A program made the position numbers and the translations under genes. From Mobula hypostoma (taxonomy: Eukaryota), in contig NC_086098.1 in the NCBI RefSeq assembly GCF_963921235.1, forward strand, positions 117,862,001 to 117,926,000: DNA of 64,000 bases. The letters are read 5' to 3'. This document shows positions 1-11,639 of this stretch, piece after piece (position 1 is the first letter of the stretch; every line of letters starts with the position of its first letter). Below the pieces are notes generated by a model that was not told the origin of the DNA, did no database searches, and saw only the letters and a program-made list of their open reading frames with translations.

Positions 1-749
1 CACTGGAAATACATTCATTACCATTGGTCAGGTGTCAGATCTCAGTGGGAGAGCATTTTGGAGACAGTAATAATCTTATCTCCTTTACAATAGCATTGGA
101 CAGCGATAGGAACATAAGTCAGAAAAGCATTTAATTGGAGTAAGGGGAACTATAAGGCTATCAGGCAGGAAATTGGAGGCTTAAATTGGAAACAGATATT
201 CTCAGGGAAAAGTACAGAAGAAATGTGGCTAATGTTCAGGGGAAATTTATGTGGAATTCTGCATAGGTACGTTCCAATGAGACAGGGAAGTTATGGTAGG
301 GTACAGGAACCGTGGTGTACAAAGGCTGTAATAAATCTAGTCAACAAAAGCTTACAAAAAGTTCAGAAAGCTAGGTAATGTTAGAGATCTAGAAGATTAT
401 AAGGCTAACAGGAAGGAGCTTAAATTTGGAGAGCCAGAAGGGGCCATGAGAAGGCCTTGGTGGGCAGGATTAAGGAAAACCCCAAGGCATTCTACAAGGA
501 TGTGAAGAGCAAGAGGATAAGACGTGAGAGAATAGGACCAATCAAGTGTGACAGTGGGAAAGTGTGTCTGGAACTGGAGGAAATAGCAGAGATACTTAAT
601 GAATACTTTACTTCAGTATTCACTATGGAAAAGGATTTCAGTGATTGTAGCAAACACAAGGAATTCTGCAGATGCTGAAAATTCAAGCAACACACATCAA
701 AGTTGCTGGTGAACGCAGCAGGCCAGGCAGCATCTCTAAGAAGAGGTAC

Positions 750-785
750 AGTCGACGTTTCAGGCCGAGACCCTTCGTCAGGACC
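750..785 (-). ncRNA. Minimal type I hammerhead ribozyme motif (inverted copy)
   Basis: Minus strand reads GGTC-CTGACGA-AGG GTCTCGG CCT-GAAA-CGTC^-GACT. Confidence 0.72.
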
Positions 786-792
786 CTTCAAC

Positions 793-828
793 AGTCCTGA
801 CGAAGGGTCTCGGCCCGAAACGTCGACT
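793..828 (+). ncRNA. Minimal type I hammerhead ribozyme motif
   Basis: AGTC-CTGACGA-A-GGG TCTCGG CCC-GAAA-CGTC^-GACT: CUGANGA and GAAA cores, stem II GGG/CCC, stem I AGTC/GACT, GUC cleavage triplet (cut after 824), palindromic ACGT in place of a full stem III. Confidence 0.75.
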
Positions 829-2968
829 ATACCTCTTCCTAGAGATGCTGCCTGGCTTGCTGCGTTCACCAGCAACTTTGATGTGTGTTGTCAGTGATGG
901 TAGTGATGACTTGCAGCGGACTGAAAAGCCTGAGCATGGAGATATTAAGAAAGGGTGTGCTGGAGTTTTTGGAAAGCATCAAGTTGGATAAGTCACCGGG
1001 ACCGGACAAGATGTACCCCAGGCTACTGAAGGAGGAGATTGCTGAGCCCCTGGCAATGATCTTTGTATCATCAATGGGGATGGGAGCGGTTCCAGAGGAT
1101 TGCAGATGTTGTTCCTTTATTCAAGAAAGGGAGTGGAGATAGCCCAGAACATTACAGACCAGTGAGTCTTACTTCAGTGGTTGGTAAATTGATGGAGAAG
1201 ATCCTGAGGCGCAGGATTGATGAACATTTGGAGAGGCATAATATGATTAGGAATAGTCAGCATGGCTTTGTCAAGGGCAGGTCATGCCTTATGAGCCTGA
1301 TTGAATTTTGAGGATGTGACTAAATACATTGATGAAGGAAGAGCAGTAGATGTAGTGTATATGGATTTCAGCAAGGCATTTGATAAGGTTCCCCATGCAA
1401 GGCTTATTGAGAAAGTAAGGAGGCATGGGATCCAAAGGGACATTGCTTTGTGGATCCAGAACTGGCTTGCCCACAGAAGGCAAAGAGTGGTTGTAGACAG
1501 GTCATATTCTGCATGGAGGTCGGTGACCAGTGGTGTGCCTCAGGGATCTGTTCTGGGACCCTTACTCTTCATGATTTTTATAAATGACCTGGATGAGGAA
1601 GTGGAGGGATGGGTTAGTAAGTTTGCTGATGACACAAAGGTTGGAGGTGTTGTGGATAGTGTGGAAGGCTGTAAGAGGTTACAGCTGGACATTGATAGGA
1701 TGCAAAACTGGGCTGAGAAGTGGCAGATGGAGTTCAACCCAGTAAGTGTGAGGTGGTTCATTTTGGTGGGTCAAATATGATGGCAGAATATAGTATTAAT
1801 GGTAAGACTCTTGGCAGTGTGGAGGATCAGAGGGATCTTGGGGTCCGAGTCCATAGGACGCTCAAAGCAGTTGCATGGGTTGACTCTGTGGTTAAGGCGG
1901 CGTACGGTGTATTGGCCTTCATCAATCGTGGAATTGAATTTAGGAGCCGAGAGGTAATGTTGCAGCTATACAGGACCCTGGTCAGACCCCACTTGGGAGT
2001 ACTGTGCTCAGTTCTGGTCGCCACACTATAGGAAGGACGTGGAAGCCATGGAAAGGGTGCAGAGGAGATTTACAAGGATGTTGCCTGGATTGGGGGGCAT
2101 GCCTTATGAGAATAGGTTGAATGAATTCGGCCTTTTCTCCTTGAAGTGACAGAAGATGAGAGGTGATCTGATAGAGGTGTATAAGAGGCATTGATCGTGT
2201 GGATAGTCAGAGGCTTTTTCCCAGGGCTGAAATGGTTGCCACAAGAGGACACAGGTTTAAAGTGCTGGGGAGTAGGTACAGAGGAGATGCAAGTGGCAAG
2301 TTTTTTTTTTATTAAACGCAGAGTGGTGAGTGTGTGGACTGGGCTGCCGGCAACAGTGGTGGAGGCAGATATGATAGGGTCTTTTAAGAGACTTTGGATA
2401 GTTACATAGAGCTTAGAAAAATAGAGGGCTATGGGTAAGCCTAGTAATTTCTAAGGTAGGGACATGTTTGGCACAACTTTGTGGGCCAAAGGGCCTGTAT
2501 TGTGCTGTAGGTTTTCTATGTTTCTATCATCTAGAACTTAGATTCACACTGTCAAGTCCCTTAATGCTGAAGTTGACCAGACTTCTAGTAGTTGTGCAGT
2601 TTCAGCATCACCTGAACATCCACCCTGCTTAAAAACAAGGTAATCATTAGGCAATTTTGCATTTTATCAATGGGGAAGACTCGTTAACATTTGAGAATTA
2701 GGAGCAGACAGAACAAATTTGTGGCAATGAGCTGTGAAATGTTTTCACTGATAAAACAAAAGTATGTAGGCACTGAAATGCAAAGTCACAGGAAGTGACC
2801 AAAGTCATACTGTACTCATGCAGAAAACAAACCACCATTATTACTTACTGCAGAACTGGCTGATCAGATTCTACAATTGCAAGTATCAAGTCCAGGATGG
2901 AGCAGTGTGCCCTACTAGAAGACATGTTGGGCCTCATCATAACAGAGCAGGAACAAGACAGACTAGTC

Positions 2969-3056
2969 TTGTGGATAGTGTGGAGGGCTGTCAGAGGTTA
3001 CAGCTGGACATTGATAGGATGCAAAACTGGGCTGAGAAGTGGCAGATGGAGTTCAG
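2969..3056 (+). mobile_element. Isolated internal CR1 RT fragment (about 87 bp)
   Basis: Near-identical to about 1650-1736 (VDSVEGCQRLQLDIDRMQNWAEKWQMEF); no CR1 sequence on either side. Confidence 0.85.
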
Positions 3057-4094
3057 AATGGAGAAGTAAAGTGACAGAAGTTCAGTCACCCCTGCAGACA
3101 GAATAAGGTTCATGAAACATTCATTCGACCTGGGAGGTTTCCCCCTCCCAATGGGGACTGCATTGTGAAATGCCAGACACCAGACTGGAAGAAATGGAAG
3201 TTAATCACTGCTTCACCTGCCAAAGAGTGTTCAAATCCCTGACTGCATCACAGCCCTGTACGAAGTCTACTGTGGGTTGTATGGCACAACCCTCTTGAAC
3301 CCCTTCAAAAGATTTGCCTCATGAAGACAACATCCATCACCAAGGCCCCTCATCACCCAGTACACATCTTCACGTTATGACTAGAGACAAGTAGAAGAGC
3401 CTGAAGACAAACTATTTAGAAACAGCTTCTTCCCCATCAGATTCCTGAATAGCTGTGAACCTATGAACACATTCCAGTTTTGTACTGTACATTTGAAATT
3501 TAGCAATTTTATGTCCTTGCCCTACTGTTCAGAGTCACTGACAATAAACTAGATTCTGAAGGCTCCAGCATTTCCTAACCCAAAAGAGGGCAGATTACCC
3601 AAATTCTATAGCCCACCAACACCCTGCAGTAGGGAAAGCACAAGGCATGTGGAATTGCAATATCTTTACTGAAAGGAAGCCCTGTTCAAAGCAGTAACCA
3701 GAGAAGGAATGGCATTTATTGCAGCATGCTATACAGGTCAGGAAAATCTGGAGCAGAAAGTGCTGGGGAACAAATTAACGTGGTCATTGATTTACAACGT
3801 CTCTTCTAGCAAATCGGGACAGGTCAATCCACAAATTTAGCAGATCTTCCTCATAAATCTCCTCATTCTTCAGTTCCACACACTCACCACCCCTGACAAC
3901 ACATGCACTTTTCTCCTCACCCCATATAGAAATCTGCATTTGGTACACAGTACAAATTAGGGCAAGAGGATCCAAAATGGCTCAAATCTGAGCATTTGGC
4001 AGAAACTGATACTCTCACGAGAGAAGTTCGGTGAAGAATATTTGAATCAAAGCACAAACGGCTAAAGATTAAATGCTGATAAATGGGATTAGTT

Positions 4095-4400
4095 AACCAG
4101 AATTGCTGTAAATGTGTTGCTGACAATGAGACTGCTGGAGGAAGTCAACAAGTCAGGCTGTATCTATTGGGGGAAATGAACAACAGACATTTCAAGCTAA
4201 CAGCCTTCATCAGAACTGAAAAGATGACAGACGCCAGAATAAAATGGGGTGGAGGAGCATGAGCTGGCAGGTGCAGGTGAAGGGGCAAATATGGATGAGG
4301 GGAGAAGAGGGAATGATGTGGAAAAACTAAGAGGCAAAGGGCTTTAAAAAAAAGTTGGACACTGATAGGAGAGGACAGCTGACCATGCAATAAAGGGAAA
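4095..4400 (-). mobile_element. Degraded Penelope-like terminal repeat with decayed hammerhead core (4186-4213)
   Basis: Minus strand CAGTT-CTGATGA-AGGCT GTT AGCTT-GAAA-TGTC, flanked by sequence resembling the 651-890 arms (TGCTGGAGGAAGTCAACAAGTCAGGC). Confidence 0.6.
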
Positions 4401-4879
4401 ATCAAGGAACTAGGCAAAATATTTCATTCTGAATCAGGTCATGCTCCAACCTTTAGTCAGACCTCAGCTAGTGTATTGTACACGTCTGCCAGATAGGAAG
4501 CACATGACAGAACTTAAGACACTGGAGGAGGCTCTTCAGGATGTTGTCTGGACTAGCAGAGAATGGTGAAGCTAAGACTATTCTTTGGAGCAGAGACTGA
4601 GGGACTAATTGAGTGTATAAAATTGAGGGCTATGGATAGGAAATAATAATACTTTTGTGTGTCAAAGGCAAACTAAATGGGAGCAGTGTCAGTGTACGTG
4701 ATTCACAGGGGAAACTCTTTAGAGAACGGCGAGTACCTGGAATGCAGACACCGGTAAGACTGAAGTACAGGCAGGCGCCCTGCTCTGCAAGAGAACACGA
4801 CGACACATTTTGTGCTGATTTAGTCTAGTCCCGTTACCTCCCAACCCCTCCCCCACACACGTTCCATTACGGCTCATTA

Positions 4880-5830
4880 ATTAGATCTGTTTTTAGTGAA
4901 AAACAGCAAACATCCAGCACTCAAAGTACCGTACCGTAAACAGTGACCTGACCACTCGTTTCTAAACCTCGAACAGCTTCGACGCAGAGCAGGGGAAGCT
5001 GGCCGTGGGTCGGTAGGTGGCGGAGGTCCCCGCGAACACGTTGGGGTGAAGAGGACGGTGGCTATCCGAATAACGGTACAGAGCGAGGGTGCGGCCGGAA
5101 GCTGGGCCCATCCGGGGTAGGGGGCGGCGGCGGCCGGGTAGACATATACCACTGCCCGCCCGGCCACGTAACGGACCAAGGCTTCGGCCTATTCCCGACC
5201 CCGACCCCGACCCGGCCGGCCGGAGTCACGTATCCCCCACTCAGCCTCGTCGTTCAAGCAGGCGCCGCCGTACCCACGGCCCCCACCCGACCCGCGGCTA
5301 ACGGTCCCTGACCGCTACTGACCGAGGATCTCCAGCCGGCGCGCCGTGTGCGGCTGGTCGGTGTAGACCCACTCGAAGTCCTCGCGCGCCACCCGGTTGC
5401 CCATGGCTGCCGACCGCTGGAGCGCGCCTCCGTCCCGCTCCGCTCCTCGCCTTCCTCGGCGCTGACCGTTAACAGCCAGGGCGCGCCGCCCCGCCCCCAG
5501 CCGCGACGTCACAATGTCAGTCAACCCGCGGCCGCCCGCCCCCGCCTCTGACGTCACCGCCGCCGGTAACGGGGAGAGATTGCGCTCGGTCGGGGTGCTC
5601 GCAGCCTGTTCGGAACAAGACCCGGGTGTGGGGGAGCGGGGGAGCGGGGGCAACTGCACGTTGCCGGCGTTCAAGACGTGGCAGGAGTTGAAATTAAGTC
5701 TGGACGCCATCTTTATGCGGGGCAGCTTTGAGGGTCATAGGTTGAGGTTGTCATCTTTGTGCGGGGCAGCTTGGTGTGCTAACGGGTGATAACTTTTGGA
5801 CGATGAGCCTTGTAGGTGCTCGCCTGGAGT
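4880..5830 (-). promoter_or_regulatory. DEGS1 CpG island promoter with CRE and GC boxes
   Basis: CpG-dense; perfect CRE TGACGTCA 5549-5556, second CRE-like CGACGTCA 5504-5511, GC boxes at about 5486-5497 and 5531-5547. Confidence 0.8.
5323..5404 (-). CDS. DEGS1: Sphingolipid delta(4)-desaturase DES1, coding exon 1
   Basis: [27 protein letters not shown] matches the DEGS N-terminus (Gly2 myristoylation site, [11 protein letters not shown]); 82-nt exon ending G|GTCAGT (phase 1); Kozak GCAGCCATGG; DEGS1 rather than DEGS2 because of tandem synteny with FBXO28. Confidence 0.92.
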
Positions 5831-7756
5831 CGGTTTGAACGGATTGAGATGGGTAATAATAGTTACGACTCATCACAGCTGAATCCTCTAAGGACTCTGT
5901 TTATACTTCTCGCTGCCTCAGTATAATCAAACAGCGCACCACCCTGGACGTTCTCTCTTCCTCCCTCTCCCATAGGACAGTTTATACAAAAGCTTGAAAG
6001 TACGTACCACCAGACTCAATAATAGCTTCTATCCCACTGTTATCAGATTCTTAAAAAGATAAAAGACACTTGGTCTCACAAACTACCTCCATATGATCTT
6101 GCACTTCATCGTTTGCCTGCATTGCATATCGGTAGCTTTTTGACTTTATTCTATGTTTGTGTTGCTTTGCCTTATTTGAACTGAATTTGATCTGTATAAA
6201 CAGTATGCAAAACAAGCTGTTCACTGGATCTTACTCCATGTGACAATACTAACCAAATACCAATCGCCTTTTAAACGTTTATTAAGACTGAGTCTGCCAT
6301 GCATGTGAAATAGCAGGTACAGCACTACAAATCACATCAGATGTGATATGAAATTACGAACAAGTGATATAAAACATTACGACTATTGTGAACTAAGATA
6401 AGCCTCTGCCTTGTACTGTTTGAGCTTCCTATGGCTCGACTTCTCTATTTATGACCAACGCTATCCACATTTCCCCATTCTTCAAACTTCAATATTACTC
6501 ACTCTGACTCTAGATCACTTTGGACACAAGTCAGCCCAGTGATGACTCAGAATATTCACAGGAATCATTCTTGTCTGTGGACATCTACTTATAGCCAAAG
6601 ACTTCCCCAAGCCTCCTCATTTCATGATGCAGAAATCTCATAATTTGACAGACACTCTCCTGTCTTCATCCCCTTCACCTGTTAATGTTCAGCCACAGCA
6701 CGACAGAAATTGATTGGAGAAAGTCTGAGTCTCTCGACATCCAGTTTTCAATAAGGCTGTTCATGTCAGAACAATACATAATTGGGCCATGTTTGTAATT
6801 CCTGTGTTGACTGTAAATTATTGGTGAAAAAGGCAGTTGACTTTTGTGTTTTATAAACATTTCTTCAACATTTCCTCTCAGATTACAGCCAGGAAGCGTT
6901 CAGCACATATCCCCTTTGTTGTCCGCACCACTCTGAAATGGAAGTCAGTGTCAGCTTACCATGAGTTAGCGGGAGACGGTTGGCTTTACAGGCCAGGGAA
7001 TTCATGCAGTAAAACTGCAAAAACCTGACAATTTTTATAGTCGCATCATGATGTGGTAAGGCAATTGGTTAGCCTGGGGCCCACAGGAGACTTCAAGGAG
7101 TTCAGTACATTTCAGAAACCATCCTCCCTCGGTGGACTCTGTCTACACTTCTCACTGTCTCAGTCAGTATGATCAAAGAACACTCCCCCCCCCGCCTCCC
7201 ACTGACCAGAAGATACAAGAACCTGAAAGTTCAAGAACAGATGCTACAGTCAAAGTTGAGTTTATATGCCAAAGTACACGTATATACAAGTGCAATGAAA
7301 AACCTACTTGCAGCAACAACGTTCACAAGAACATAAATGAAATATAAATTCTGCACAATTTTTACAAGAAAGAGAACATTTAGAACGAAAAGTAAACCCA
7401 GTCCCTTTTCATGCAAATTTGCCAAGATGGTCGCGGTGTTGCTAAACTGTGGTGCTTAGGGTCTTGCTGGTTGGCTCGTTCAGGAATCAAGTGATTGAAG
7501 GCCAGCATTTGTTCTTGAACCTGGTGGTGTGGGACGTCAGGTTTCTATACCACCAACTCAAAAATAGCTGCAAAAGGATGTCATAACTGAGATACTGAGA
7601 AGTGAGAGAGACTTGGCCAAGTTCAAGCCCACCTTCTCAAGGGCAGTCAGGAATGGACAATAAATTCTGCCCTCTCTAGTCATGCCGAACAGATTTTTAA
7701 AAAACTTCTACCCACTTGTTGGTTTATTTCTAATTTGCATTTTATTCCAGCATTAT

Positions 7757-10321
7757 ACTACCTAACAGTAGTAGTGAGGTTGGGGATGGCATGAAACAGG
7801 AAATTAGAAATGCGTGCAATAAAGGAACAGCAGTTATAATGGGTGACTTCAATCTACATATAAATTGGGTGAACCAAATTGGTAAGGGTGCTGAGGAAGA
7901 GGATTTCTTGGAATGTATGCAGGATGGTTTTCTGAACCAACATGTCAAGGAACCAACTAGAGAGCAGGCCATTCTAGACTGGGTATTGAGCAATGAGGAA
8001 GGATTAGTTAGCAATCTTGTCGTGCGAGGCCCCTTAAGTTAGAGTGACCATAATATGCTGGAATCCTTCATTAAGATGGAGAGTGACATAGTTAATTCAG
8101 AAACAAAGGTTCTGAACTTAAAGAAGGGTAACTTTGAAGGTATGAGACGTGAATTAGCTAAGATAGACTGGCAAATGATACTTAAAGGGTTGACGGTGGA
8201 TATGCAATGGAAAGCATTTAAAGATCGCATGGATGAACTACAACAATTGTTCGTCCCAGTTTGGCAAAAGAATAAACCAGGGAAGGTAGTGCACCTGTGG
8301 CTGACAAAGGAAATTAGGGATAGTATCAATTTCAAAGAAGAAACATACAAATTAGCCAGAAAAAGCAGCACACCTGAGGACTGGGAGAAATTCAGAGTCC
8401 AGCAGAGGAGGACAAGGGGCTTAATTAGGAAAAGGAAAACAGATTATGAGAGAAAGTTGGCAGGGAACATAAAAACTGACTGTAAAAGCTTTTATAGATA
8501 TGTGAAAAGAAGAAGATTGGTTAAGACAAATGTGGGTCCCTTACAGTCAGAAACAGATGAATTGATCATGGGGAACAAGGACATGGCAGACCAATTGAAT
8601 AACTACTTTTGTTCTGTCTTCACTAAGGTGGACATAAATAATCTTCCGGAAATAGTAGAGGACCGAGGGTCTAGTGAGATGGAGGAACTGAGGGAAATAC
8701 ATGTTAGTAGGGAAGTGGTATTAGGTAAATTGAAGGCAGATAAATCCCCAGGGCCAGATGGTTTGCATCCCAGAGTGCTTAAGCAAGTAGCCCAAGAAAT
8801 AGTGGATGCATTAGTGATAATTTTTCAAAACTCTTTAGGTTCTGGATTAGTTCCTGAGGATTGGAGGGTGGCTAATATAACCCCGCTTTTTGAAAAAGGA
8901 GGGAGAGAGAAACCAGGGAATTATAGACTGGTTAGCCTAACATCGGTGGTGGGGAAGATGCTGGAGTCAGTTATCAAAGATGTGATAACAGCACATTTGG
9001 AAAGTGGTGAAATCATTGGACAAAGTCAGCATGGATTTGTGAAAGGAAAATCATGTCTGAGGAATCTCATAGAATTTTTTGAGGATGTAACTAGTAGAGT
9101 GGATAGGGGAGAACCAGTGGATGTGGTATATTTGGATTTTCAAAAGGCTTTTGACAAGGTCCCACACAGGAGATTAGTGTGCAAACTTAAAGCACACGGT
9201 ATTGGGGGTATGGTATTGATGTGGAGAGAGAATTGGTTGGCAGACAGGAAGCAAAGAGTGGGAATAAACAGGACCATTTCAGAATGGCAGGCAGTGACTA
9301 GTGGGGTACCACAAGGCTCAGTGCAGGGACCCCAGATGTTTACTATATATATTAATGACTTAGATGAGGGAATTAAATGCAGCATCACCAAGTTGGCGGA
9401 TGACACGAAGCTGGCGGCAGTGTTAGCTGTGAGGAGGATGCTAAGAGGATGCAGGGTGACTTGGATAGGTTGGGTGAGTGGGCAAATTCATGACAGATGC
9501 AATTTAATGTGGATAAATGTGAGGTTATCCACTTTGGTGGCAATAACAGGAAAACAGATTATTATCTGAATCATGGCCAATTAGGAAAAGGGGAGGTGAA
9601 ACAAGACCTGGGTGTCATTGTACACCAGTCATTGAAAGTGGGCATGCAGGTACAGCAGGCGGTGAAAAAGGCGAATGGTTTGCTGGCATTCATTGCAAGA
9701 GGATTCGAGTACAGGAGCAGGGAGGTACTACTGCAGTTGTACAAGGCCTTGGTGAGACCACACCTGGAGTACTGTGTGCAGTTTTGGTCCCTTAATCTGA
9801 GGAAGGACATTCTTGCCATAGAGAGAGTGCAAAGAAGGTTCACCAGATTGATTCCTGGGATGGCAGGACTTTCATATGATGAAAGACTGGATCGACTAGG
9901 CTTATACTCACTGGAATTTAGAAGATTGAGGGGGGATCTTATTGAAACATATAAAATTCTAAATGGATTGGACAGGCTAGATGCAGGAAGATTGTTCCCG
10001 ATGTTGGGGAAGTCCAGAACGAGGGGTCACAGTTTAAGGATAAAGGGGAAGCCTTTTAGGACCGAGATGAGGAAAAACTTTTTCACACAGAGAGTGGTGA
10101 ATCTGTGGAATTCTCTGCCACAGGAAACAGTTGAGGCCAGTTCATTGGCTATATTTAAGTGGGAGTTAGGTATGGCCCTTGTGGCTAAAGGGATCAGGGG
10201 GTATGGAGAGAAGGCAGGTACAGGGTTCTGAGTTGGATGATTAGCCATGATCATACTGAATGGCGTTGCAGGCTGGAAGGGCCGAATGGCCTACTCCTGC
10301 ACCTATTTTCTATGTTTCTAT
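7757..10321 (+). mobile_element. CR1 LINE, family B, 5'-truncated within the endonuclease domain, frameshifted
   Basis: VIMGDFN / PTREQAILDWVL / SDH endonuclease motifs, RT ORFs 8055-9569 and 9497-10231, 3' UTR ending TTTTCTATGTTTCTAT. Confidence 0.95.
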
Positions 10322-10389
10322 ACCTGGTAATGGAAGTGTCATCTTTGTTTTTTCAGTGGAATATGAATCTCATAAGAAAACTTCCTAAA

Positions 10390-10530
10390 TTTTTCTTTGG
10401 GTTGTGGGGGAGGAAACCAGAGAATCCAGCATGTGGTCATAGGGAGAAGCACAAACTCCATGCAAACTGTACTGGGCTCAGACTGGGACATTTGGAGCAG
10501 TAAGGCAGAAATCATGACCACTGTGTCCCG
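10390..10530 (-). mobile_element. Degraded tRNA-derived SINE (V-SINE/HE1-like) fragment
   Basis: TGTGGGGGAGGAAACCAGAG...GGTCATAGGGAGAAGCACAAACTCC resembles the copy at 15250-15430. Confidence 0.5.
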
Positions 10531-11639
10531 CAAACTACCCTCTTACTTTTTTATGCATTCAGTATGTATTCACCATTGCTTATAGAGCGATAGAATTGTA
10601 CAACAAAAATGTGGCTGGTGGTAGGAGTTATGAGAAAATAATATGTTCTTTTTTATAGCGCATCAAATAACAAGACTATACATTTAAAATACAGGCAAGT
10701 TAAAAAGTTATTTTACTTTTTAAAGACAAATCAGTGCAGAGGAAGTTGTTGCTTAGCTTGAATAAGAACATTAAACTGTGGGGTGACCTTTGACAAAGCG
10801 TGCATGCCCCGTTGGGCATCCCGTCGCTGGGCTGACTGACAGTTGGCTAGTTGCCCAGCGATGACACACAAGCATCTGCAGACAGGACGACTCCGATCAC
10901 GTTCAATCCAGCGGCAGGTCTCATTCTGAACTAGTGATGAGTGTGCCATAAATGATATTTTGAGATTTTTGTAACAACTGTAATGTGAAATGAAACTATA
11001 TTTTATTTCCATTGGTCATAGGTACTGCTAATACTACTGGGGCTTGTTGCCTACATTCATAATTGAAGAAAATGCTAAAATTCAGTTAGAAGTTAATGAA
11101 AACAAAGATGTACAGTAAATGTTATCGAATCCAAGTTCACTGACCACCCCTGGTCCCCAGGTTTAGAAGGCAGAAGGTGGCCAATTAGGAGACTGGGCTA
11201 TAGTGGAGGGGAGAGAGGTATAGAGATCGTGGACCATGGATGGGAATAGAGGAGGAGAGGGGGGCTACAGAGAGGGAGAAGGTTTGGAGAAGGAGAGAGG
11301 ATATGGGGAGAGGTTTAAGGATCAGAAATGAGGGGATATAGAGAAGAGCAGGGTGGGGCTATATGTCAAGCTGGAGTAGCTGAGTGAGATTTTTGATGAA
11401 TATTCCTTCTTGGGATTTACTGAGGAGAAAACTGTTTGCTCTGAGATGCAGGGTGCAATGGGAAACCCTTGTGCACAGGGCACGGGGTAGAGAGCATGGG
11501 GCACCATGCATGTGCATCATGTAATCAGCATCCAGAATCAGTATCACTATTAGAAGTCATGAAATTTGCTGTGTTGTGGCAGCATCAGACATTACTGTAA
11601 TTTACAATAGTGAAAGTTACCAAGTAGGGTCATGAAATA

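Larger units (their letters stand above)
651..890. mobile_element. Short non-autonomous Penelope-like element with inverted terminal (pLTR-like) repeat
   Basis: Arms 688-784 and 794-890 are reverse complements (97 bp, few mismatches, 9-nt spacer); flanked by 13-bp TSD TCAGTGATTGTAG (638-650) / TCAGTGATGGTAG (891-903); CR1 sequence resumes after it. Confidence 0.8.
1..2527 (+). mobile_element. CR1 LINE, family A (ORF2 RT region plus 3' UTR), frameshifted, runs off the left edge; interrupted by an insertion at 651-890
   Basis: ORF pieces NPKAFY, KSPGPD, YRPVSLTSVVGK, QHGFVKGRSCL, DFSKAFDKVPH, GVPQGSVLGP, FADD, WQMEFN are CR1-type RT motifs; ends in TTTTCTATGTTTCTAT tail at about 2512-2527. Confidence 0.93.

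Noticed and set aside
492-897. Mirror-image ORFs (MLVNAA...) on both strands as a gene pair
   Set aside because: A direct consequence of the 97-bp inverted repeat
5405-5710. N-terminal extension of DEGS1 from the 131-aa ORF (and the similar extension of FBXO28 to 49058)
   Set aside because: Upstream parts are GC-rich promoter/UTR; homology and Kozak context begin at ATG 5404 and ATG 48986, and DEGS1 needs Gly2 for myristoylation
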